Of a stretch of DNA of 64,000 nucleotides, positions 25,627 to 36,324 are shown piece after piece. Below the pieces are notes generated by a model. The model made no database searches. It was not told the DNA's origin and saw nothing but the letters and a program-made list of their open reading frames with translations. How positions within the stretch are numbered: the first letter of the stretch is position 1; each line of letters starts with the position of its first letter. Position numbers and translations under genes: made by a program. Source of the stretch: Eledone cirrhosa (Eukaryota); NCBI GenBank assembly GCA_964016885.1, contig OZ024747.1, positions 78,988,001 through 79,052,000 of the forward strand. The letters run 5' to 3'.

Positions 25627-25717
25627 CTACAGGACTAGAACAGTTTCATTCTAAAGAAATCATCAGAAAAGGGTTTTCTGATGATTTCTTTTGAATGAAA
25701 CAGTTCTAATCCTGTAG
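25627..25717. ncRNA. Head-to-head inverted pair of hammerhead cores
   Basis: Plus: CTGATGA-tttcttttgaat-GAAA-cagttctaatcctg-TA; minus: CTGATGA-tttctttagaat-GAAA-ctgttctagtcctg-TA; arms joined by ggg; same family as 21382-21432. Confidence 0.8.
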
Positions 25718-25929
25718 GACAACTTGTTTAACCCCTGCTAGTGTGGAAAAATAGACGTTAAATGATGATAATGATGATTATTGAAAGACTGCACATTAAC
25801 CAAGTCCAAATTTGACAAGTTCAAATCATGTAATGCCACAGAAATGTTTTCAAACAAGTGGTAGTGTAAATTCCCATCCAATACTGTGAGAATAAACAGA
25901 AAAATATATGAAGATGCGGAGTATAAGAA

Positions 25930-26116
25930 ATAATTGTTTCTACTTTAGGCACAAGGCCAGCAATTACCCAGTGCATTACTGGTACTTTATTTTATCGACT
26001 CCGTAAGGATGAAAGGCAAAGTCAACCTCTGCGGGATTTGAACTCAGACTGTAAAGAGGCGTAACTATGCTGGAAAGCATGGCGTCCGACTCTCTACCGA
26101 TACTGCCAATCCTCCA
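25930..26116 (-). mobile_element. Nin/Deu-domain tRNA SINE, short-tail subfamily
   Basis: ttggcagtatcggtagag...gagttcaaatcccgcagaggttgactttgcctttcatccttacggagtcgataaaataaagtaccag; CpGs retained. Confidence 0.87.
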
Positions 26117-26780
26117 TAAGAAATAATGATTTGGAATTTTGGCATGATTGTTATATGAACCATTATTGGTATCTTTATGATGATGGTAATAATACACATT
26201 TGTAAGAATAGGTATAGCTGTTCAAGTTGTTGCAACTCGTATCTGTGCAGGTTTATCTGGCCTCCTATGAGATCCAATCTCATAGGAGACTTCTTTTGTG
26301 CTTTAATGATATGAGCCTGAGTTATATCATGTCTAATTTTGGGGGTGAAAGGAGATGGGATTTATATTCGGAACACACAGAGCTGAAAAAGATACTGCAT
26401 GGAATCTCATCTGATACTCTAATAATTCTACCAATCCACCACTCTGGAATGGTACTTTATTTCATCAACCCCACAAAACAAAGCTGACCTAAACAGTACT
26501 CGAACACAGAAAACTGAACCAGAACAAACACAGCAAAGTATTCCACCTGACATTCCAACAATTCTGCCAATTCACAGTTTTAGAGAGTATAGTCTTTTAA
26601 ACTGGCTCCAGTACATGCCTAGGATATATTTTATCAACCTCAGAGGGATTAAAAAATTGAAAAAAAAACAGTAAGCCTCAACAGAATACAAATTCACAAC
26701 ACTATAGGATATAATTAAATACTGTAAAACGTTTAGTCCAGCACTTTGCTATTTCTGCCATGCCACCACTCTTGATAATG

Positions 26781-27280
26781 CTAACCTTTTTGATATCAAA
26801 CTGCCTGAAACCACTCCAGATTCTAAGATGCAAAGTTGTTTATTTTAACACCTTCCAAACAACAACTAGAACCATCACACACAATCGAGTATAATTTGGT
26901 AGTATGTACCATTCCTTTGCTAAGGAATTTAGATGCCCATGCAGTCACAAGCAGACACACTTTCAACCCTCACTCCTGTGAACCAGAGAAACATCCAGGG
27001 TGTAACAGCTGAAAGAAGAGAGGGCTGCATCAGCACTGAGTTGGTACTTTCTTTATCCGCCTCAGAAGAGTGAAAGGCAAGTGGACCTCAGTGAGATTTG
27101 AACTCAGAATGTAGAGATCCAGAACAAATATTCAACACTAACAACTCTGTCAGATCGGCTTCCTACCTTCTAAACAACAACTTAATGATGAGAAAATTTG
27201 CTCTATTACTAAACCCTTCCAAATTCTTGACAAACAATTGACAGTGTCTTTCATTACAAACATGGCAATGAAAGGGTTAA
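26781..27280. mobile_element. piggyBac-like MITE family A, interrupted by a SINE
   Basis: ctaacctttttgatatcaaac...catggcaatgaaagggttaa with the body split at 26850-27182. Confidence 0.75.
26868..27164 (-). mobile_element. Nin-domain SINE with a distinct tail and an 18-bp TSD
   Basis: TSD accttc(c/t)aaacaacaact at 26850-26867 and 27165-27182; gagttcaaatc B-box-like motif. Confidence 0.82.
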
Positions 27281-27289
27281 TACTTACAT

Positions 27290-27330
<41 letters not shown>

Positions 27331-28351
27331 GTGCCAATGCAGCTGTTCTACTGATGAAGCATATAAATGACCTTCAGAACATAGATAAAATCTATTATGA
27401 CTTTTACCCACTTGGTCAATCTAAAATTCTAGTTTGCAGATCTTATATTTAGTTAATTGCCTTCTAAACTATGAAAGTACAGAAGACACCAATACAGACA
27501 GACTTTGGATTATTCAGATGACACAATCTTCACTACAACCAACATATTTATAGATTAATTCAGTTGCATAGTGAAAGTAGTGGTGATAAAGGATGTAGTG
27601 CAGTGTTGAAGTGGCAGTGTTGAATATGGTAATAGCAATAATGTTGATGATAACAGTGGTGATGATAGTGTTTCTAGCAAGGATATTAATAAATGATATG
27701 CCAACTCAGGTCAAATGGCCTGCTGCTGGGAACAATGTATTCTGTTTCTATCAGATCATGTTAAACACTTAAATTTAAATTGTTAGATGAAAATGATTGT
27801 GAAACCTAGTAAGATTAAAAACAAAGCAGGTCAATGGGTAAATGAACTCACAATAAGTTGTTAATCATTCATCTCAACCAACTCATGGTGCTTTATATAT
27901 ATATATATATATATGCTAGTAGCGAAAGCAGATGTTAAAACAACAATGATGATATATATATATTCAGAAAGTCAAAGACTAGAAAAATACACAAAAACAT
28001 TGTTATCCAAAAGGATGTAGCTTTTATGAATGCAAGAAATCAAATTTCCTGACCACCACAAAAAAAAAAAAGAAAGGAAAAAAAAAAACATATTTCAGTT
28101 TATATATGACAAAGCAAAGCATTTACAAACTTTGTTTAGGTTTACAATTAATAGCAGAGATCATCTTTGCAGAAAATGATTAACTAAAAAGATAATGGTA
28201 AAAGACTATAACAGCAATAGTGCTAATGGTCGTGGTAACAAGGACAATAATAAATATGGTAGTGAAGGTATTAATGATGATGGTGACTATCTAAATATAT
28301 ACTTGTTTGGTTTCATCCTCAAATAGATTGTGAAACTAAAAATAAATTGTA

Positions 28352-28606
28352 TTAACCTTTTTGATACCAATCCTCTTGAAACCGCCCTGGATTATGATGC
28401 AAAATTGCTCATTCGAAAATGTTTATCGTTATTTTAAAACTTTTCATCATAATTTTACTTTAAAAGTTTTTCTTAAGTAATGTTCTAAATATCAGCTTTC
28501 TAACGAAAAACTTAGTTATTTTATTAAATTCCTCCATCTTATATTGAATATTTTCAAAATTAATTGAAACACACAAGCATTAGAAATACAGTAATGAAAG
28601 GGTTAA
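28352..28606. mobile_element. piggyBac-like MITE, family A (complete)
   Basis: ttaacctttttgatacc...gtaatgaaagggttaa. Confidence 0.85.
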
Positions 28607-28669
28607 AATACTTAATACTATAATACTAACACTATTACTTTGGATTTACTATTAACATATAAATTTTCA

Positions 28670-29121
28670 TTAACCATTTCACTACCATAATTCTCATGTA
28701 AGACTCATGTAAATTTGAAAATAATCAAGAATTTGGAAGAATTTAGTAATATATCTACAATAGCTTTCTCATTATTAAAATGATGTTTGGAACAAAGATT
28801 CTTACATAAAATTATGATGGAAACTTTTTAAATAAATATAAAGTTTCAAAGAAACAGTTTTGTATCACAAAGCCAGGACCAGTTTCAGGTGGTTTAACCC
28901 TTTAGCATTTAACCCGGCTATAACCGGCCAGAATTCTCTTACCTCTTTCTGTTCAAACTGGCTGTAACTAGCCACTCATGCTTAGGTTAAGGTATTTTTC
29001 TCAAAATAAATATCAAAATCTCATAGATTCAATATTATGTAAGATAAAGCCTTTAATGCAAAAATACAATAGTATATATAGAGTAATATAAATGCTAAAG
29101 GGTTAACACCAAAAGAATTAA
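28670..29121. mobile_element. Family A MITE (opposite orientation) with a nested family B MITE at 28894-29106
   Basis: Nested ttaa|ccctttagcattt...aaatgctaaaggg|ttaa; the host terminus resumes as caccaaaagaattaa. Confidence 0.82.
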
Positions 29122-29619
29122 CAAATAAATAAATAAATAAAAGAAATTTGAAGAGAGGCTCAAATGTGTGGATATTAGTACTTCTTTTTCATGTGGTACT
29201 AGAAAAATGTAGTTCCACCAAGAATAGGCAATAAATAGATGAAATAATGGGTACCTTATCTTCTGATTTTTTTAAAAAAAGTAAAAGGATAAAAACAATT
29301 TAGAAAAAAAAAAGCAATACATCTTTATTAGGATCATATCACTATATTTATAGCAGACCTTATCACATACCTTGACTTCATTCATCAAGCTGTAAGAATC
29401 CCAAGAAAATAACACCCACTAAGTGTCTTTAATGTACTGAAAACCACTGTAAAAGTTAGACAAATATTACTATCAATGACCATAAGCTAAATAAACAAAA
29501 CAGCATCTACAGTAATCAAAAGAGAAACCTGCCTGCTCGTATTTGAAAGAAAAACATTTTCTACAAGAAAAATATGTAAAAAAAACATTGCTACAAGAAA
29601 GTCAATATTGTAGTCTGTG

Positions 29620-30210
29620 TGTTCATTCAGAATAAAATTAGCAAAGACCAAAGTTTTAGTAAGTATAAAAGAAAACAAGACACTGATAGCATCAGAGTAA
29701 TGGCCATGCTTGATATACAGAAAAGGAGTAGGTAAGAATTCTATAAGGCATATTCAATGTAAAATATGGGTAGACAAAAATGATATTGCAGGTGAGCTAA
29801 CAAAGAGATTGAGTATGTGGCTAATAGACAAGGATATTTGGTAGTAAGAGCAGCAGTGAAATAAACTTTGCATAAAACAGGGAAGGTTTCATAAAAGTAG
29901 TTAATAGCTTCTATTACCTATGTAGCAGTTATGGTGGTGATGGGGAAATGCTCTGAAAGTGTAGGAATAAGAATAGGGTGGAAAAAGTTCAAGGAGCTTG
30001 TACAAAGGGATTCTCTCTCTCCAAGTAAAGAGTAGATAGTTTTGTATCGCATAAACAAAGACAGTTTCAGGTGGGTTGGTAACAAGAGTTATAATGGAGA
30101 ACAGATAATACTTGTTGCCTAAATGAGAAGCTTGATGCTGCATGATAGTGAGGGAGGGGCAGTGAATACCAAGGATATGCAAATGCTGAAGAGAAACTTA
30201 CAAGAAAAAG
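29620..30210 (+). mobile_element. Decayed RTE LINE ORF2 fragment
   Basis: IKLAKTKVLVSIKENKTLIASE*WPCLIYRKGVGKNSI and RIGWKKFKEL, homologous to the 35.2 and 47.5 kb copies. Confidence 0.75.
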
Positions 30211-31167
30211 GTCAATACTTAACTTTAAATTGGAAGTGTTTTTTTAATGCTTTTTAAATACATTTTTCTACATAATTTGCATTTTGAGCTGGCATTAAGT
30301 GCAGGTCAACTATCATGTGGATCAAGTCTTCCCTGGACCAACACCATCTCATCTGCTCTTGTAGTTAAAAAGTGGCAGTTGGCTCAATTCAATGCCCTAC
30401 TCATTAACCAGTACCTTGATAAGTGCACCTTCATCAGAATAGCTCAGCACCTTGGCTTCTGTATGTATCACACAATTGCTGTTGTAGAGCCATGGATGAT
30501 GACTTCAGACGATACCTGACCTCTTGTTACTAGACTGCAGGTTGGTTCCATTTGTATGTCACATTGAACAATGTCAAAAGGAACTTTGACAAATGGATAA
30601 CAAAAGACAACAATTCTGTAAAATTATCATCATCGTAATCATTTTACTTCCATTTTGATGGTGATAATTACATAGCATTTTACTTCCATTTTGATGGTGA
30701 TGATTACATACCATTTTTTTTTTTTTGTCCATCTGTTTCATGAACGCTACAATCTGGCAAAAATCATTCTTAATTTTCTATAATATAGATTGCAGAAACT
30801 GATATAGAAAGCTAAAATCATAAATTATGTTTAGTTTGCTACTTTAATGTTTAGTTTCTCTAAAGTTAAAACAGTAAAGCCGTGGCAAAATATTTATAAA
30901 AGCTTGACAAAAATTTAATGAGTATAATCTAGTGAATATGAATATGAAAGATATTTAATATCCTTGAATGCAAATCAACTGAGTTTTACAAAAAGTGGTT
31001 TTTGATTAGGTATGTGGTCAATTTTCTAGAGAATGGGACAGCTGATTGTATTAACTGCCATGTATTATTGGTCCATGTGCCTTCAAAATCTCAAAAAGGT
31101 CAAAAGCAAAGTCAACTCACAGGATTTGAATTCAGAATACAGCAGCGACAAAATTAACACTTCTATG

Positions 31168-31443
31168 CCCCCACCGCAAGGTGGTCGTGGAGGTGCCACG
31201 GCAAAAAAGCACCCAGCCCACACTGTAAAGTGGACGTGTAGGCGCCACGAAAAAGCACCCAGCACTCACTGTAAATGAGGTTTGTGTTAGGAAGGGCATC
31301 CAGCTGTAGAAATCAAGCCAAATCAGTTCCTGTATGAGCAAGGCATGGTCAGCCGACCAGACACTGTCCACAACAGGACAACCCGTCTAACCCATGCTAG
31401 CGTGGAAGAACGGACGTAAAACGGTGATGATGATGATGATGAT
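31168..31443 (+). mobile_element. Very young 5'-truncated RTE 3' end, inserted in the terminus of a family A MITE
   Basis: I see no mismatch against 36046-36321; (GAT)n tail; the host MITE spans about 31154-31678. Confidence 0.9.
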
Positions 31444-34400
31444 TACCATATTTCTAAGAAAACCCACTGCCTGTTTCAATTTTGATAATTATAAAGAATT
31501 TGGAGTGATTTAAAAAAAAACATTTTTGCATATTAAGCTGATGTTTGGAACATAACAAAATATTCTTACATAAAAATATAATGGAAGGTTTTAATATAAT
31601 TGTGAACACTTTAAATCAGATAGTTTTGTATCACATAAATGAAGACAGTTTCAGGTGGGTTGGTATCAAAATGGTTAAATACTATCATTTCAGTTAGCTC
31701 ATAACTTCTGATTATTTGAGATTTTGGTTGATACATACCAAAGATGCAGAGTTATAATGGAGAACAGATAATATTTGTTGATGCCATAATTAGGAATAGC
31801 TTGTAGAAAGGAAAACAAACAACAAAAATAGTTAAATGGGATTTTAGAAAGATAGCTTGGATGGTAACAACATAGGGTGGAGAAGACTTTTCAGTCATGG
31901 TGGAGGTATGACAACCTTTCTTGTGTTGGCACAACAATAAAATGCACTGCAAAATGGTTGGCATTAAAATACTCTGTAAAATGGTTGGCATTAGGAAGAA
32001 TATCCTATCGTAGAAAACATGCCAAAAGAATAGAGAAGCCTCTTCAAGTATTTGAACAACAAGACAACCTCTCTAGTGCTGGTGTCAAAATAAAATGCAT
32101 CCATTACATACTCTAGGGTAGTTGACATTAGGAAGGGTATCCAGTCATAGAAACAATGCCAAAAGAAAAATCACTCTCCCAATCCATATAGGAGGGTAGT
32201 AGCTCCAATCAAGTATTGACTTGCTCTGTAACAAACAATCCAACACATGCCAGCATTAAAAATGTTAGTGTAAAATAATGATGAAGAGATCACATATAAA
32301 ATTATGATAATGAGGATGATTATCTCAAAATAAAATGACAAAAAATAATGATCAGAAAAAATAAATTAATTTTCAGATCGATTCAAACTGTCCAGAATGA
32401 AACAAGCAGAGATTAAAACTGATAAAAACTGATGGGGTAAAGTGGTGAAATGGGAACTGGGTGTAAAGGTTTTAAAATGAAAGGTGTTTGAAGATATTAT
32501 ATGACAGAAGAAAACAGGCAGGTGATGAGGACAAATGAAGATTTGTTGAATGCTGCTGGCAAATAATGTCAGATTAGAGATGACTAAAAAAATTTTTTTA
32601 AATGACTATTTTAAAATAATACTTCTTATCCAAAAAAATAATGAGAATCAGAGAAAACTATTGATGAGGTAATAAAAGCTATTTATTTCAATCACCATCA
32701 TCATTATTTTACATAAGTTGAATGGGTTGTTGCGGTCTTAGATTAGATGGGTTGGGGGACCACATCTTGCTCATACATTTCATTTTCAGCATGGTTTCTA
32801 AGGCTGGATGCCCTTCCTAATGTCAACCACTTTACAGAGTGGACTGCACGCATTTTTTCATGGCACCAGCACTTTCACTTTATAGAGCATACTGAGTACA
32901 TTTTATAATTGCACCATTAATACATTTTATGAATGGAAGTGAAATGGATTTAAATAAAATATATATAAATGTAGTTGTTGAACTACAAATAAAAAAAAAA
33001 ACTGGTTTATTGTTAACCAAATTATAAAACACTTTTATAAATGAAAAGGAAAGGAGCTGATCATCATAACAAACCAAGGAATCTATGTTTCCAATAGTCT
33101 TTCCATTGCAGATACTATCTGCTGTTCTCAAATCCTAGCAGGAGCTATTTTATAATGACAATTTTCATGATAATGATGATGATAATAATACTGATCCAAA
33201 CAATTGGAATAGCCAAAACAATTTATAAAACATTTAGTATGATAAGATTTCTTTAATAGCCATGGAACCTTAGACAAATAGAGTTATCTTACTTCAGAAT
33301 ACAATACAATGCCTGTAGTGAGATACATATAATATAATGATTGCTTTTACTGAGGCACAAAGATCTTTTCTTTATAGAAAAAAATGTTGTATTCAAGTTG
33401 CATGCTGTATAATAGTGGTATTTATGTTTCCAACTAGAGATGAAAAGAGGATGAAAAAAGAAAACTCTAACAGGGTTTGAATTTGCAATAATCACCATGC
33501 AAGATATGGTAAAACAAATATTACAACTGTATGCTGCTTGTTATTCTCCGCAGCCTTTATAATAATTATTTCACTCTTCAGTATATAACTATAATGAGAG
33601 AAACGATATAGTCAACTTATTTACTTGACTGTATTACCCATACTTATCAACCATAAAGGAATAAAGGGGCAAAATTAATCTTAATTTCGTAAAATAACTT
33701 TTTCGTTATTAAACTGGTGTTTGTAACAAAGTTTCTTACATAAAATTATAATGGAAGGTTTTTAGAAAAATATAAACATTAAAATAAACAACTTCGAATC
33801 AAAGAGCCAGCTGTGGTATCAAACAGTCTGGTATCAAAAGGGTTAACAAAGGTTCTTACATAAAATTATGATGGAAAGCTTTTAGATAAATTCAAACACT
33901 TTAGAAATAGTCAAACAGTTTTGTTATGTAAAACTAGGAACAGTTTCAGGTGGTTTGTTATCAAATGTGTTAAGAAGTTGAAATTAGAAATATGAGACAG
34001 TGAACAAATGTAAAACACATAAATCAAACCAGACTATCTCAACTGTCTTTTAGTTTAATAATGGTTTATTGCATAGTTTATTGAAATTATCTCAAAGTAC
34101 GTAAGAAACTTGACTCGATTTCATGTAAAACTAATAAATTATACAACACACAGCAAAAGAATAAATTTCATAATCTTTTTGATTTCAAACTGCCCCTCAT
34201 TCTACAATAAATATAAAGTGTCTTTATTTATCTAAAAACCTTCCATCAAAATTTTATGTAAGTATCTTTGTTGTGTTCCAAACTCCAATATAATAAAAAA
34301 AAATTTTTTAAATTTTAAATAAAAAAAAAATTAAAAAAATTAAAAAAGTTATATTTCTAAATCACTCCAAATTTTGATTATTTAAAAAAAAATTATTTGA

Positions 34401-35203
34401 AAATCACTGACAGTGTTCTCATTAGGAATATGATAACAAAAATGTTAACTTAAATATAAGTGAAAGAAATATGTTAACAAAAGAGTCAGCATGAATATTA
34501 ATGAAAGAAATATGAATACACAAATCAATAAAATACCACCTAAGTTTTAACAAGTCACTTATTCAAATAAATGCTAAGCTACCATCACCAATTTCCTGAA
34601 TCCAAACTAGTAATAATTGACAGCATCCAAAATACATCAATATGTTAAAGAATAAACATCAAACAGTGTTGACCTCTTTGACCAAATTCCTGATATTACA
34701 CTCCCAATAATTAGTCATACAACATTGCCCCTTTATTTTAGACATGCCTGGCTATAACAAAGTAAATAGAGGAGAAGTAGTTTACAAAACAAAAATTATA
34801 AAAAGTAGATCTCAATGGGATTTGAACTCAGAACATAATGGGACTTAAGTAAGCTGCAAAGCATAGTCTCCAGATGCTCATATTGCTATGTAAAGAATTT
34901 CACTTCACAACTAGATGGTTTAAGGTTCTATCCTACTGTCTGGAACCTTCAGCAAGCATTTTCTACTCTAGACTCAAGTTAACCAATGCCTGTTTAGTAA
35001 AACTGGCAGACAATGTATGAAGACTTTATTAAGACCGGCAGACAATCAGGAAAGCCAGCTGTTCTTGTAAGACTGTTGTATTTATATGTTTTCTGTGGTT
35101 GGAGATGGTGGTGATTTTGTGGATGGGTGGAGGTCTTTGGTGAGGGATTTTAAAGAACAGGGAGTCTTTGAAAAAAATATTGTTAGATATATACAGAACC
35201 TAG

Positions 35204-36324
35204 ATCCCCTCAGGGAAATGGCCTTGCTCAGTATGTAGGAAAGGTGTAGGTAGGAACTCCATTCTCTGCCCCAAATGCAAACAATGGGTACACAAGAGAT
35301 GTAGCGGGATCTCAGGAAGCTTAATTAAGAATGTAGGCTTCACATGCAGCAGCTGTGCTGAGACAGCAAGCAGCAAACAGCCACAGGAAACAAGTACCAC
35401 CAATCTCTGGGAGGGCTCTGTAGAAACAGTAGACAGCTTCTGCTACCTAGGTGACCGAATTAGCAGCGGAGGTGGGAGTTCAGAAAGTACAATAACTAGG
35501 GTAAGAACGGGATGGAAGAAGTTTAGGGAACTACTACCACTGCTAGCTGCAAAAGGCTTCTCCCTCAGAATGAAAGGCAGACTGTATGATGCGTGTATCC
35601 GAACAGCAATGTTGCATGGTAGTGAGACCTGGGCGCTGAAGGTGGAAGACTTACGTAGATTAGAGAGAAACGAAGCCTGCATGCTCTGATGGATGTGTAA
35701 CAGTAATATACGTGAACGACAAAGCATAAATGAATTAAGAGAGAGACTGAGCATAAGAGGAATCAAATGCTGTGTGCAGGAGAGGCGGTTGTGCTGGTAT
35801 GGACATGTGATGCGTATGAAGGATGACAGCTGCATAAAAAGGTGCAGAGCATTAGAAGTTGATGGAAACCGCGGAGTGGGGAGACCCAAGATGACCTGGG
35901 ATGAGGTGATAAAAGCCGATCTTACCCAATTACACCTCTCAAAGGCAATGACACACGACCGTGACTTCTGGCATCACGCAGTAATACAGAGTACCCGACC
36001 TCCCATGGGTACAAGCTGAAGCATATAGACAATATGCCCCCACACCCCCCACCGCAAGGTGGTCGTGGAGGTGCCACGGCAAAAAAGCACCCAGCCCACA
36101 CTGTAAAGTGGACGTGTAGGCGCCACGAAAAAGCACCCAGCACTCACTGTAAATGAGGTTTGTGTTAGGAAGGGCATCCAGCTGTAGAAATCAAGCCAAA
36201 TCAGTTCCTGTATGAGCAAGGCATGGTCAGCCGACCAGACACTGTCCACAACAGGACAACCCGTCTAACCCATGCTAGCGTGGAAGAACGGACGTAAAAC
36301 GGTGATGATGATGATGATGATGAT
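35204..36324 (+). mobile_element. Young 5'-truncated RTE LINE with PHD finger
   Basis: IPSGKWPCSVCRKGVGRNSILCPKCKQWVHKRC...FTCSSC...FCYLGD...HGSETW...ML*WMC...WYGHVMR...GRPKMTWD; one premature stop; 3' UTR and (GAT)n tail. Confidence 0.95.

Noticed and set aside
27282-27375. Minus-strand poly-His or poly-Ser exon ending in GTAAGT
   Set aside because: It is a (GAT)n microsatellite abutting a MITE end, with a weak acceptor and no recognisable protein.
30247-30620. Possible host exon
   Set aside because: No recognisable domain, stops in the frames I read and no consistent splice pair; more likely a decayed repeat.
35688-35690. In-frame TGA as programmed readthrough in the RTE
   Set aside because: The paralogous 47.5 kb copy has Arg (cgt) here, so CGA-to-TGA decay explains it.
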